IMG/VR virus record: IMGVR_UViG_3300048599_000194
Coordinates: 96,001 to 160,000 of that record
Reading direction: 5' to 3' (one strand)
Source of the DNA: a virus
Lineage: Duplodnaviria > Heunggongvirae > Uroviricota > Caudoviricetes
Length of the DNA stretch: 64,000 bases
Shown here: piece after piece, positions 20,540-31,213 of the stretch
Position numbering within the stretch: position 1 is the first letter of the stretch
Layout of the letters: each line of letters begins with the position of its first letter
Made by a program: the position numbers and the translations under genes
The notes under the pieces: model-generated
Databases searched by the model: none
Told to the model about the DNA's origin: nothing
Seen by the model: only the letters and a program-made list of their open reading frames with translations

Positions 20540-22366
20540 TTAACCTGAGTATCTATTCATGTCTTTTTTCAATTGAGCTAGATTTCCTTTTTCTAGTTTC
20601 AATTGCTGTCTAAGTGTAGATAGTGACCCAAATATGGATTTGGCACTATATTCCAATTCAGCAAGTGCAACGACACTTAATCTAAGTGCAATAGTAGACA
20701 AGAAAATAGCATTATCCAAAAAACTAGTAAGAGATGTAAAACCTAAACCAATTAAGGATGATTCATTATTCTTAATTCGCTGTTCAATGAGTCTAATTCT
20801 ATATTCGCATCGCTTAACTGCATTCTTTTTAATCGTATATGCAAGTCCACTAGGATATGGAATCATGGAATACATTTTAGACATTGAATATTCCTGATGT
20901 TCTTTCAACATGGATTCGGTTTGAACTAATTTCTCAACGCTAGATATTTTATAGTTTAGTGTTCTAGACAAGATTGAATAGAAATTCTTTGTTTTTATTC
21001 TATATACATATTCTTTGTCTTTGAACCCAAAAAACAAATCAGTATTTACTTGTTGCGATTGCATAATGGCCGCAATCGCATCTAACGTAGCCTGATCAAT
21101 GTCATTGAAAGTATCATCATATTCACTACTAGCTGGATCGCTCGCAAACAAATTACCAGTTCTTAACAAATTTTTAATTTCTTCAGTTTGCGTATCTATC
21201 TGCGAGCCTAGTTTATCAACAGCTTCTTCGTAGTCAGTAGAATTTTCTGTAGATGTTATTGATGATGTTGAAGATGTTGATTTATTTGGATCATAACTAC
21301 GAAGAAGTGTAACTTCACTCATTCTCCTAGCTTTAATGTCACTAACTAGATTGATAGCCTTCGTTTCAATATATCTAGCTAGATCTGTCGCTATATTTAA
21401 TGACGTTGTCAGTATATTCTTAATATTCGTAATATCAGTAGTATTTTCTGCAGTTGCTAAATTCTTTCCAAACAAATACGATACTATTGCAGTTGATATT
21501 TCAGTAGGATATTTCTTTGTATCTATAGAATGCTGATTACTTAAATACGATATTATTGCTTGAATCTGAACCCCTAATATTGCAGTTGCAATAGCTTCAG
21601 AAATTTCAACTGTAGTATTATTTGAATACAATTCATATGCTTTTGATCCACTAACTCCATTAAATAATGCTAATTTATCTGCAATGTCGCTAGATACTCC
21701 TGCACTTGATAATAAATCTCTTAATGGATAATCACCTTTTAATGAAGAAAAATCAGATAGATTCAACGCATATCCAATATATACCTTAGTTAGATCTGTA
21801 TGTACTATGGCATTTCCTGATTCCAAGTTACTAGAAGTTCCTGCATCTTCAGTCATATCATATGCAGGGTGATGTGCTGTTATATCGGAATATATAATTA
21901 CTTCATCGCCATCAGGTGAAATAGAGCCTTCAACCCCAACAGGACTTTTATTTGCATCGAAATGCATAGGATCCCATTTTGATGGAGTGGATGGGTAAAA
22001 ATCACCACCCCACCTACACCCATTACTTTTTGCAGTATTTCCGAGAAGTGATGAATATATGTCATGTAGTGAGTAAGTTTGACCTCCTATTGTATAGGGG
22101 GTACTTTGGCTTTTACAATTAGGAAAAGTACCAGTAACAATTGTGATCCCGTCCAAAATAATATTCAGATCACATGCCAATCCATAGAAGTGCATTGACT
22201 TCCTTCCAGGAATTGGATTTCTCCTAACTGATGTAATCGCAACAGTTACTGTATGACCATTCCATGTACTTGGAATCGAATCAATCACAGATAACGCAAT
22301 TGCTTTCCATGAAGGCTCAAACATACCCGACGATGTTCCATTGAACCAATTAACTATTTGTGCCAT
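20540..22366 (-). CDS. Tail-associated cell-wall hydrolase: M15 peptidase, pesticin-like muramidase domain and coiled C-terminus
   Basis: SMHFYGLACD and WGGDF...WDPMHF (M15 Zn ligands); VYIGYALNL...AGVSSDIADKLALFNGVSGSKA...RRMSE resembles the pesticin C-terminal lysozyme fold. Confidence 0.65.
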   Translation of the reverse strand: MAQIVNWFNGTSSGMFEPSWKAIALSVIDSIPSTWNGHTVTVAITSVRRNPIPGRKSMHFYGLACDLNIILDGITIVTGTFPNCKSQSTPYTIGGQTYSLHDIYSSLLGNTAKSNGCRWGGDFYPSTPSKWDPMHFDANKSPVGVEGSISPDGDEVIIYSDITAHHPAYDMTEDAGTSSNLESGNAIVHTDLTKVYIGYALNLSDFSSLKGDYPLRDLLSSAGVSSDIADKLALFNGVSGSKAYELYSNNTTVEISEAIATAILGVQIQAIISYLSNQHSIDTKKYPTEISTAIVSYLFGKNLATAENTTDITNIKNILTTSLNIATDLARYIETKAINLVSDIKARRMSEVTLLRSYDPNKSTSSTSSITSTENSTDYEEAVDKLGSQIDTQTEEIKNLLRTGNLFASDPASSEYDDTFNDIDQATLDAIAAIMQSQQVNTDLFFGFKDKEYVYRIKTKNFYSILSRTLNYKISSVEKLVQTESMLKEHQEYSMSKMYSMIPYPSGLAYTIKKNAVKRCEYRIRLIEQRIKNNESSLIGLGFTSLTSFLDNAIFLSTIALRLSVVALAELEYSAKSIFGSLSTLRQQLKLEKGNLAQLKKDMNRYSG

Positions 22367-23790
22367 TAATATACCGCCTTTAGTTTGGACGAATAAGGCA
22401 GAATACCCTTTAAGAAATCAATATTGACATGTCCATCTGCGGCTTCTACGCTTGCAATTTCACCATTATTTCCAAATGTTTCTGCAAAAATTGAATTTAT
22501 GTATTTCGTGAGATTATCATTTGCTTTTACTAGTGGATTAATCCATTTTCCGAATCTACTTAATTCTAATTCAGCAAGTAACTCGCTTACTTGATTGTTA
22601 ATATTTCCACAAATATATGAGTTACACCCATTCATTGAATCTAAGATATTCACAACGTCCAATATAGAATACCTGCGTCTTTTTATTACACCGTCTTCAA
22701 ATTTAGAACTACCACAGTCTGGAAATAACCACCCAATGGTACTATTGACTAAAATTCCAAGCAATCGACTTCTAGTTCTTAAGAAATTATTATATCGGTC
22801 TTCTAACTTATGTAATGGAGCCATTGCTTTTTCATATACATTAGCGATTCCATATTGAACATATGAACGACCAAGCTCGTTCAGTTTCTTGGCTCCATTA
22901 AACAACCCATTAAATGGGTTAAATTTATTAAGTAAATCATTTATCTCATCCACGTCGATTAATTTAATTGCTTTCCTTCGTTCAAGGAAAGCAATGACAT
23001 CGGAAGCTGAACAAAAATGAAGATCTTCACTTTCGCTCGACATTCCAATCTTATTGAAAACTGACCTCATACTATTAGAAGAACATGGATTTACTAGTTG
23101 ATTAAACAAGTCGATCATAGGTCCAGATACTACTTCACAATTTTTCAAAAAATTCTCAACGTCATCCAGAAATGAAAATAAATCATTTAATTTGAATGTA
23201 AATGTTACATCTAAGGAACCGGAACTATCTTGCATTCCCTGTAAAAATGCGCCGAAACAATCGAACAGTTTATTCGTTAAGCTATTAGCAATATCCTTTA
23301 TTTTTTGTATTATCTTATATAGTGCATTTAATATTGTCAGGGGAATAGAAATTATTGATTTTATTGCCATTAGTAAAATTTGCATAGAAGGGGCCAATAC
23401 CCCGCAATAAAAACCTCGAATATTAAGACCTAATGGAGAGTTCATAACAGATCCAACAACACGACGACCAAATGATTTAACTGAGTCAATTGCATTGTTT
23501 ATTGAATCCATAGATGAAGAAACAAATTTCATTATCGCATTGTTCTTAAGTAAACTTCCAATTTCGTCTAATATGTTAGTTGAACAGTCACCAGATACTG
23601 AAGAGGCAATTGCACCCATCGCAGATGATCCAAATTGATAGCACTTGTCTATCTTGATATTATCGCTAAAATTCTCAACTTTAGCTATTTGGCGACCAAG
23701 ATAATTCCTATTAGTTACATCAGATGAAATACTCCCTGCGGAATATCCGTCTTTAGTTATGTTTACAATCGTAACATCAATAATGCCCAT
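22366..23790 (-). CDS. Hypothetical helical virion/baseplate hub-associated protein
   Basis: 474 aa ORF with TAAATA-N5-ATG, located between spike and hydrolase genes. Confidence 0.5.
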   Translation of the reverse strand: MGIIDVTIVNITKDGYSAGSISSDVTNRNYLGRQIAKVENFSDNIKIDKCYQFGSSAMGAIASSVSGDCSTNILDEIGSLLKNNAIMKFVSSSMDSINNAIDSVKSFGRRVVGSVMNSPLGLNIRGFYCGVLAPSMQILLMAIKSIISIPLTILNALYKIIQKIKDIANSLTNKLFDCFGAFLQGMQDSSGSLDVTFTFKLNDLFSFLDDVENFLKNCEVVSGPMIDLFNQLVNPCSSNSMRSVFNKIGMSSESEDLHFCSASDVIAFLERRKAIKLIDVDEINDLLNKFNPFNGLFNGAKKLNELGRSYVQYGIANVYEKAMAPLHKLEDRYNNFLRTRSRLLGILVNSTIGWLFPDCGSSKFEDGVIKRRRYSILDVVNILDSMNGCNSYICGNINNQVSELLAELELSRFGKWINPLVKANDNLTKYINSIFAETFGNNGEIASVEAADGHVNIDFLKGILPYSSKLKAVY

Positions 23791-23803
23791 TTAATTATTT
23801 ATC

Positions 23804-24424
23804 CTATGCTCCTGGCATTGCAGACACCAACAAATAATCGCTTCCTCCAATATGTGGACCTTTTGTATAAGGGCATATTGATGCTTCCGTTATTACTCTA
23901 AATTTAGGCAATGGAATTCCACCTGGGCCGGATTCATGACTTAATACACCTTCCTTATCAATGGTGAATTTCGCCCCACTAGAATGATCAATAACGTAAT
24001 TACCTGTTGATTTATTATATGAAATTGTAGTTCCATCCTGGGAATTGTAAATTTCTTGATTTTGTTGTTTGCTTTGCTTCTGCCCTTTAGTTACTAAAGA
24101 ATCACCTTTTGCCTTTGATGGATTACCCCATATCGGAAAATGAATGTCTCCATTTTCAAATGTAATATCAACATATGTTCCAGCCGCTGGAATTGGGTAT
24201 GTTCCACTACCTCTAGCCCAAGGCTGTGCTTTATTTGGTAAAGAATCAGTAAGCCCGAATATTTTAACTCGAATATATTGAGACTTCCTAGTATCAGTCT
24301 TACATTTGGTAACTATTCCTCGATATACTCCAGTGAATTTAGTCATCGAATCATTTAATATGCTAGTTTTTAATTTTTCAAATCCACTAGTTTTCAAATC
24401 ATCTTGTACGTTAATGTTTGCCAT
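23804..24424 (-). CDS. Baseplate central spike (gp5/gpV OB-fold) protein
   Basis: YRGIV...RVKIFG...PWA...PAAGTYVDITFENGDIHFPIW, beta-helix-like HSSGAKFTID and a CPYTKGPH tip. Confidence 0.75.
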   Translation of the reverse strand: MANINVQDDLKTSGFEKLKTSILNDSMTKFTGVYRGIVTKCKTDTRKSQYIRVKIFGLTDSLPNKAQPWARGSGTYPIPAAGTYVDITFENGDIHFPIWGNPSKAKGDSLVTKGQKQSKQQNQEIYNSQDGTTISYNKSTGNYVIDHSSGAKFTIDKEGVLSHESGPGGIPLPKFRVITEASICPYTKGPHIGGSDYLLVSAMPGA

Positions 24425-24428
24425 AGTT

Positions 24429-25607
24429 TTAATCCTGACCTAAATTAGAAGAATTAGACATCAATTGTATTGTTGTTTGAAATGAACACATTCCCGATGA
24501 CATATCTCGCTTAAAGTGATAACCTTTGCGCATTACTAAGTATTTACCCGAAGTCATCTTAGTTTTATTGAATTTACCTTCATTGTTTATTGACCCATCA
24601 ATAACTTCAACGACATCACCCGCCTGAGTAAAAGTCTCATTATCACATGTGATGGTTAAATTCAATGAGTAAGATGCAATTACGGCTCGCCTATATGAAG
24701 GGGCAATTGGATATTTTTCATACACTTGCGGCGAGTTACTTGGTTGATATACAATGACATTAACTCCACCATCTCTAGTTGTCGATCCAGTGCTTATTGT
24801 TTTTGAAGTTGCTTCCATCTTATTTTTCGATGAATTAGCCTTAACTTCTCTTAATTCAATTGTCGATGCTTCTTTAGTAAATCCAGACTGATTCGTAAAC
24901 TGCTTATCTCTAAAATAGATAACTGGATTAGATACACCATCTACCATCAATTTACCATTATTCATTGCCGCATTGATGTAGTTATGAGGACTAACCATAA
25001 AAGTACTTTTTGCTTTGCCTTGAAATTTCTCCTTTATTCCATATAACCCAACACCTCCATCTAATCTAATATTGTAGATAAGGGCACTGTCTTGTATGAA
25101 AGACCTATCGCATATGTAGTTTATTGCCGTCAAGAAATTATGATTTACTATTAACCATGACATTGAATCTTGAGTATTTACGTTTGATTCAACATTTAAT
25201 GTAATTGATTTCTTTTTACATATGTCTTTAATTACAGCTAAACTGGTTTGATCTTGATACCCAGTGGGGGGTATTAAACTCAATAGATTACCATTATTTC
25301 CTCGTAATATGAATATCAATTCTATTTCGTGGGTTGAATTATCTATTTTACTGTTTTTAATTATACTTGATACGATCTCCGCCTTAAATATTATCTCAGA
25401 TTTGTCGTTCCCGTCATATGTTCCCATAGTTATTTCAATTTCAGTATATTCCTTGAAATCGTAATTAGCATCTACTAGCTTCATTTTATCATTAAATATT
25501 ATTCTACCCCAAGGAAAATACCCTAAATTTTCGTAGATTGCGCACTCAATAATTGAGCTACTATCCATTGCTAATGTTCCGAGCCTAAAATAGCACGCTG
25601 ATTGCAT
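24429..25607 (-). CDS. Baseplate hub protein (gp27/late control D-like)
   Basis: Lies between the gp53-like and spike genes; C-terminal AGDVVEV...SGKYLV...H is typical of hub proteins. Confidence 0.6.
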   Translation of the reverse strand: MQSACYFRLGTLAMDSSSIIECAIYENLGYFPWGRIIFNDKMKLVDANYDFKEYTEIEITMGTYDGNDKSEIIFKAEIVSSIIKNSKIDNSTHEIELIFILRGNNGNLLSLIPPTGYQDQTSLAVIKDICKKKSITLNVESNVNTQDSMSWLIVNHNFLTAINYICDRSFIQDSALIYNIRLDGGVGLYGIKEKFQGKAKSTFMVSPHNYINAAMNNGKLMVDGVSNPVIYFRDKQFTNQSGFTKEASTIELREVKANSSKNKMEATSKTISTGSTTRDGGVNVIVYQPSNSPQVYEKYPIAPSYRRAVIASYSLNLTITCDNETFTQAGDVVEVIDGSINNEGKFNKTKMTSGKYLVMRKGYHFKRDMSSGMCSFQTTIQLMSNSSNLGQD

Positions 25608-25954
25608 TATCTATTCCCTGTTACTTTTAATATGTATTCATTGATGTCACTAATTGAAGGTATTACTATCCTTCTACCTAGATACAGATCTGTGATTATG
25701 TTATCTACATTTGGCTTTCCTTGTCGAATTCTAAACGTATCCCTCATCACCATTGGTATTCTAACATTATTAGCCTTTGCAATTGCCCACCACAGTCTAA
25801 AATCAGAATACTGTAACTGAGCTATAACCCAAGGCTTGCCTACTAATTGCTGGGTTATGGTTAATACGTTTAATGATCTCAGTTCAAAGGTATCTGGAGA
25901 TGATAATAAATCCAAGCCTTCTTTATCATACACGAATAAATCTCCATAGTTCAT
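25607..25954 (-). CDS. Baseplate wedge protein gp53-like (LysM-like)
   Basis: KPWVIAQLQYSDFRLWWAIAKANN...GRRIVIPS. Confidence 0.75.
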   Translation of the reverse strand: MNYGDLFVYDKEGLDLLSSPDTFELRSLNVLTITQQLVGKPWVIAQLQYSDFRLWWAIAKANNVRIPMVMRDTFRIRQGKPNVDNIITDLYLGRRIVIPSISDINEYILKVTGNR

Positions 25955-25957
25955 TTA

Positions 25958-27346
25958 TTACACCTTCTGTTTATTGTTGAAAATTGGAGCACCTGCGAAT
26001 AGCTGATTAGGTGCTTGAATTGCATTGGTTGCATTCACTTGATAATAATCAAATCCAATATCTATAGTGACAATTACAGGATCTCCATCTATTGTTTCAC
26101 GCGAAGCAGTTACACCGAATGACGTGATGATTAATGGACTAAATCTATATTTTAGTGATCCTTTATAGTCGTAGATTTCAAGACACACTTTAGGTGGATT
26201 TTTAGCAAATGAATCAACTAATCCTTTAATAAGATCTGAACCTGCCGATAATAGAGTACCTCCTGCTTTTATTAGATTAGCCCCTGGTAAATTATCGAAA
26301 GCTCCTTCTTCTTTAGCAGGCGTTGAAGCAGTGCCACCTCCATCAATAATTGCCGCTGAAGGGTCGGTTGGAACTGAGGATGTTGAGTTGTCGTACCAGT
26401 GTACAGAATTAATATCACTTCCTATCGAAGAAGAATTTAATTGCATTTTAGATCTAGCTTTGGCCGCAGTAAGAACAGTGAAGTCGAGATCGGATGATGC
26501 AGTTAATTTTGATACTGCAGTGTCGAAATAATCAGAGTCTTGCTTGACTAACCCTTCTGCAACTACAGTTGTATATATTTCGTTTAGGTCGGTCCATCCA
26601 TTATTCCCCGAATATTGATTTGCTATTTTAGATGCTTCTTGCCAGTTACTAGCATCTGCCGCAGTTTTTGCTCTCTTTAGATCATTGCTCATTTTTATTA
26701 TAGCCGCCGTATGTTTTCCACACATCTTTACTATTTCGACATAGGCGGCTTCTGTTGCGGCTTTTTCTGCGGTGGTAGGGTCATTCTGTCGAGTGCTTAC
26801 CTGGGGATTATCATTTGAATTCCACACGCTAGTAGGCCATCCCAGATAGCATAGGGCCTGAATAGCCTCAAACCACCCTGACATATGAGGAGTATACCAT
26901 TTGAATTGAACCGCAAATCCATTTAGATTAGATCCGCCATACATCTTTTTGCTGGCAGGTCCAGTTCCACCTAATGTATAGCCCAATACATTCATCACAG
27001 TATTTGCGAATTTCAACATTGCCGCGCCATTTAATGAAGTTTTTGCACTGGCCTCAGCCTTCACGCCTGCATTAACTCCTGTAGTCGTACCTCCGCCGAT
27101 ATTAACACCCTTTAATGCATCAGTAAATCCGTAGAAGCTAGTTGTCTTCCAATCATTCACCGCTTGTAACTTAATATCACCTTGCACTATACCCTCTAAG
27201 TATAAATTACCGAATGGATTTTTTGTGTCGGTTCCAATATTAGTCCCAGTTGCCTCTCCAATAGATTGTTTCAGCTTTGCGACAAATGCTTCAAATCCGC
27301 CAATCGCCTCAGGGTCTTCGCAATATACTTTACCTTTTAATGACAT
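25958..27346 (-). CDS. Tail tube initiator/baseplate tube cap-like protein with internal helical insertion
   Basis: KKMYGGS..FAVQFKWY and C-terminal PPKVCL...LIITSFGV..S...GDPVIVTIDIGF resemble gp48/tube-initiator proteins; immediately upstream of the gp53-like gene. Confidence 0.55.
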   Translation of the reverse strand: MSLKGKVYCEDPEAIGGFEAFVAKLKQSIGEATGTNIGTDTKNPFGNLYLEGIVQGDIKLQAVNDWKTTSFYGFTDALKGVNIGGGTTTGVNAGVKAEASAKTSLNGAAMLKFANTVMNVLGYTLGGTGPASKKMYGGSNLNGFAVQFKWYTPHMSGWFEAIQALCYLGWPTSVWNSNDNPQVSTRQNDPTTAEKAATEAAYVEIVKMCGKHTAAIIKMSNDLKRAKTAADASNWQEASKIANQYSGNNGWTDLNEIYTTVVAEGLVKQDSDYFDTAVSKLTASSDLDFTVLTAAKARSKMQLNSSSIGSDINSVHWYDNSTSSVPTDPSAAIIDGGGTASTPAKEEGAFDNLPGANLIKAGGTLLSAGSDLIKGLVDSFAKNPPKVCLEIYDYKGSLKYRFSPLIITSFGVTASRETIDGDPVIVTIDIGFDYYQVNATNAIQAPNQLFAGAPIFNNKQKV

Positions 27347-27394
27347 GTAAATTATTTAGTTTCTGAGATAATAAATAAAAACCGAGGAAATCAT

Positions 27395-28270
27395 ATGGGT
27401 GGAAGAGTAATTGGAGATCAAGATAGAGAAATACTAGCAAGTATGGGGATAGATCCAGATACTTTAGGGACCACGTCAGTCCAAGAAGTTAGGATTGAAG
27501 ATAATGACTTATATTTACCAATCAAGGGATTACCTTCGGGTGGTAAGTTATATAGAAACCAAATGGGAATCCCCATTACGATCAAGGGTATGCCATTTAA
27601 GGTGGAAGATACTACAGCACTTGCGGCTATGAAAGACGAAGAAAATCATGAGGTTGTAGATGATGTATTTCGCAAAAGATTGAAAGGGGTTCAACCAGAA
27701 GAACTTCTAGAAATGGATAGGAAATACATATTGGCTTGGATGCGTGAGCAAACATTTCAAAGGGCACCTTTACGCAGAACATTTGCGTGTTCACACTGTG
27801 GACATGTAAATCTACATAGAATAGTCGAACTTAAAGATTTTGTCAAGTATGTACTACCTGATGGAGTAAGTGAACCAGAATTTGATCTACCAGAATCAAA
27901 TAAGCGAGTTAAATTAAGATTTGAACGTAGACGCGACGTAATTAGAGTTAGGGATTATATTAAGCAGTTTGAGAATTATAGGAGAATAACTGATGCTGAT
28001 GTTAAACGGTTTAGAATTGCTTCGCTGATAGACGGAAAGAGTTTAGAAACTGCGCTTGAATTCATGGCTGAATTAAGCCCAATTGATAATGCAGTGCTTA
28101 ATACTCAATTCGATAGATGTAATATGGGTATGACCGACATTGCCGCATTGAACTGCGAAAAGGAGGAGTGCGAGAACACAAACCTCGTACCCGTGCCCTT
28201 TCGATCTGAATACTTTGTTCCCAGAATTGGACCTGATTTGGTTGATCAAGGTGAAAGCATCGCTATCTAA
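27395..28270 (+). CDS. Baseplate hub/tail assembly chaperone, T4 gp26-like
   Basis: LPSGGKLY, DRKYILAWMR, CSHCG, FDLPESNKRVKLRF and C-terminal CxxxxC..VPFR; late box plus SD GAGG. Confidence 0.7.
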   Translation: MGGRVIGDQDREILASMGIDPDTLGTTSVQEVRIEDNDLYLPIKGLPSGGKLYRNQMGIPITIKGMPFKVEDTTALAAMKDEENHEVVDDVFRKRLKGVQPEELLEMDRKYILAWMREQTFQRAPLRRTFACSHCGHVNLHRIVELKDFVKYVLPDGVSEPEFDLPESNKRVKLRFERRRDVIRVRDYIKQFENYRRITDADVKRFRIASLIDGKSLETALEFMAELSPIDNAVLNTQFDRCNMGMTDIAALNCEKEECENTNLVPVPFRSEYFVPRIGPDLVDQGESIAI

Positions 28271-28400
28271 GTATCTCGGAACCAGCATTAATACTTTTGA
28301 TAAAATGTTTTTATTCGAGTTCTTCGAATACTTAGATTACGTTCATAGAAAAATAGAAGACGATAGATCGTCCAGAATGAACAATATAATACAATCCTAA
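28215..28400 (+). CDS. Small tail assembly protein (gp51-like/GT-type extension), possibly made by frameshift
   Basis: Overlaps the gp26-like gene in the +1 frame with no good start or SD; FDKMFLFEFFEYLDYV pattern; directly precedes the tape measure candidate. Confidence 0.55.
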   Translation: MFPELDLIWLIKVKASLSKYLGTSINTFDKMFLFEFFEYLDYVHRKIEDDRSSRMNNIIQS

Positions 28401-28408
28401 ATAATAGA

Positions 28409-30370
28409 ATGGCATTGAATCCTACAGATATGACTTTACAGCGACTTGCAGTGTCTCTTGGACAGCTAGTCGATCAATTGCAAGTCACTAAGTCAACTAA
28501 AAAAGATATTCAAATAGAAGATGTAATCAAGGCGTTGAATTTAACCTTCAAGACAACAAAGGGAGACATCGGAGAATTAAAATCTCTATTGAAGGTTAGT
28601 AAAAACACTGGAAATTCTGCACAATACGAAAAACTAATTAAGATGTTAGAGCTTCTGGTTAAATCGTATGATAATCCAGATGTTAAGCAGATGAATAGGC
28701 TCGGTATTACAACTCAAAACTTAATTGCAGAGATATCTTCACTTAGGGACGAAGTTAAATCTACTAACCTCAAGGGTAATGAAAAAGCAAATTTAAGCCT
28801 GCTTAGTCAGGCAATTGCAGATGGTCAAAAACAATATGCATTAAGTGGATTTGGAAAGGATGCTAGTAATTTTTATAAGAAAGCTACACTAGAGCAAATG
28901 AGATTGCTTCGTCAAATAGATAAACACATAGATGAAGGAATACCACTTAAAAATTTAGGTAAGAAATCTCCATTAGAAAAAGCTAAAGAACTTGGATCAA
29001 AAGCATTAAGCTCGGGTCCATTACAAGCCGCCGCCGATATGGTTCTAAAGGGTATGGGATTTGGTACATTACCTGGAGAGTTTTTAGATATTTTCTCAAG
29101 ATCAATGGGAAAATCTAAGTCGAGTGTAAAAGATGCGGAGAAGGCAGAACTACAATCGATGAAAGTTAAAGGATTAATTGAGGCTAAAGAAAAATCTCAA
29201 TTAGCATTAGACTATAATAGGACAATACAGGAACGAGCTAAAGAAGTAAAAAGCTCGGCAGTAGCAACTAAGACAAATCTAACTATTGAGTTAAGTAAAG
29301 CAATAGCAGATGCAATGAGAATTAATGAGGACATTTCTGCGAAGTATGCTGTTGAAGGCGAACCAGGATTAGCCGATGCCAATAAAATTGCAGATGCTAT
29401 CAAGACTAATAGCATAAGTAAATCAGAAATCGAAAGTCTATTAAAATCAATTGAAGCTAAAGGTAAAGCAGGTAGTGTCTCGTCAGAGGAATTATTGAAA
29501 AATTTCTCAGAAGTTGCCGAATATTCGAACATAATTGAAGAACAAGAAAAGATAATCGCAGAAACTGCAGTTGGAATACAAGAATCAATCGACAAGGTGG
29601 CAGAATTATTCCTAGATTTGCGAGAAATACTAGGAAAGGAATTGAAAAATGAACTAGCAATGATAGATAAGCTCATTTCTGGTATGAAGAATATAGACGA
29701 GGAGACTGCCGCAGGAATTAAGAGTGATAAAATCACCCGTAAATTAGCTAATATGGCTAGTGTATCTGGTGTTGCAGAGGATGAACTTCACGGAATAATA
29801 GGCGGAGAATCCAATAGCAAATACATGCGAGAATATGAAGCACAGGCGCAATATGGTGGAAAGAAATTACCGAGTGAGTTGGCTAGATCTGCATTTATGG
29901 AAAATTCATTTAGAGCCGCAATATATGGAGAAGAAGCATTAGCTAAAAAAGTTAAGACTCCCGGTGATGAATTTGAAGAGAAGGTTAGAGTGACAAACGA
30001 GAGATTGAGTAAATCTCCCCCACCAACCCCACCAGAATTACAACCACAAAACAACATACCTGAATTAATTGGAGAAAATACGGCTACATCTGAACACGGG
30101 GAAATGTTGGAAAATGGGCTTAGCTTAGATGAAATTAGCGATATAGTCTCAGAGTCAATAAATGAATTCCTCAAGAATTTCGAGGAATCAATGAAGGATA
30201 GGGATCGCGATAATAAAGAACAATCCGAATTGTTAAGAAGATCACTTATGAGTGGAGAAGTAAAGGTCAGTGTAGTAAACTTAAAAGACTTGCCACCTCC
30301 AAGCGTCCACGTATCTCAAGGCGGGGGCGGTGATAGCTCAGGTGGAAGTTCAGATGCTTTTGGAGATTAA
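28409..30370 (+). CDS. Probable tape measure/baseplate hub gp29-like protein
   Basis: 653 aa, helical K/E/L/A-rich, located after the chaperone pair; TAAATA-N5-ATG. Confidence 0.55.
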   Translation: MALNPTDMTLQRLAVSLGQLVDQLQVTKSTKKDIQIEDVIKALNLTFKTTKGDIGELKSLLKVSKNTGNSAQYEKLIKMLELLVKSYDNPDVKQMNRLGITTQNLIAEISSLRDEVKSTNLKGNEKANLSLLSQAIADGQKQYALSGFGKDASNFYKKATLEQMRLLRQIDKHIDEGIPLKNLGKKSPLEKAKELGSKALSSGPLQAAADMVLKGMGFGTLPGEFLDIFSRSMGKSKSSVKDAEKAELQSMKVKGLIEAKEKSQLALDYNRTIQERAKEVKSSAVATKTNLTIELSKAIADAMRINEDISAKYAVEGEPGLADANKIADAIKTNSISKSEIESLLKSIEAKGKAGSVSSEELLKNFSEVAEYSNIIEEQEKIIAETAVGIQESIDKVAELFLDLREILGKELKNELAMIDKLISGMKNIDEETAAGIKSDKITRKLANMASVSGVAEDELHGIIGGESNSKYMREYEAQAQYGGKKLPSELARSAFMENSFRAAIYGEEALAKKVKTPGDEFEEKVRVTNERLSKSPPPTPPELQPQNNIPELIGENTATSEHGEMLENGLSLDEISDIVSESINEFLKNFEESMKDRDRDNKEQSELLRRSLMSGEVKVSVVNLKDLPPPSVHVSQGGGGDSSGGSSDAFGD

Positions 30371-30373
30371 TAG

Positions 30374-31213
30374 ATGACATTAAGAAGCGAAATTAGCACA
30401 TATTTTGGAAAAACCGTTTCTGGATTTGTTGCGAACAAATTTATGGTTGAAATATCCGCAATGAATATGTCAACCTTGCGGTTTTATGTAAAGAAAGTAT
30501 CGATTCCGTATGAGACGTTGAATGTTAGTGAAGATATATACGTTAGTGATGTTACATTGGCTAAGCCAAGAAACATAACTTCAGTGCAGACACCTTCAGA
30601 AATATCATTCGCATTTAGAATGGATCCTGAAAATACGATAATTAAAAGTCTGGAATCGTTATTTGCAAGTACTCATAACATACAAACATTTGAAGTCACT
30701 AGATCAGCTAAATTGTTTAACATTACTGTAACTCTTTACGGAACTGATCATTCAGTTAAATATTCAAAATCATTTAACAACTGCAGTATAATTAAAATGG
30801 AATCATATGATCTTGATGCATCTGATCGTAAATTAAAAGAATATAGCGCAACTTTCTTATGTAATAGAATTGATTATAGTCAATATTCATCAACGGGGGC
30901 ATCAGTTGAAGTTGCAATTAATACTTCATGCCAGAAGCTAAAAGATGCATATGATGCGGCAAAGAAAAAATACACTGGCGTACTTAACGGACAGCCTTCA
31001 ACTTCAATTACCTCCGAAGTTATAGACAAGGCGTTAAATGAAAGCAATATTATACCTACTTATGTTAATATGCTAAACAATTCAAAAGCATGTAGATGGG
31101 ATGAGAAATTTCCAATAGGTGTTGATATTCCAGTTGCAGCTAGAACTCATCTATATAATAGACTGATTAAAGGTGGAGTCCCTGCAGATCATATTCAAAA
31201 TGGAACTGCATAA
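30374..31213 (+). CDS. Tail-tube-fold baseplate protein (gp54/gp48-like)
   Basis: NKFMVEI...FYVKKVSIP...ISFAFR...YSKSFNNC...EYSATF tube-fold pattern. Confidence 0.6.
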   Translation: MTLRSEISTYFGKTVSGFVANKFMVEISAMNMSTLRFYVKKVSIPYETLNVSEDIYVSDVTLAKPRNITSVQTPSEISFAFRMDPENTIIKSLESLFASTHNIQTFEVTRSAKLFNITVTLYGTDHSVKYSKSFNNCSIIKMESYDLDASDRKLKEYSATFLCNRIDYSQYSSTGASVEVAINTSCQKLKDAYDAAKKKYTGVLNGQPSTSITSEVIDKALNESNIIPTYVNMLNNSKACRWDEKFPIGVDIPVAARTHLYNRLIKGGVPADHIQNGTA

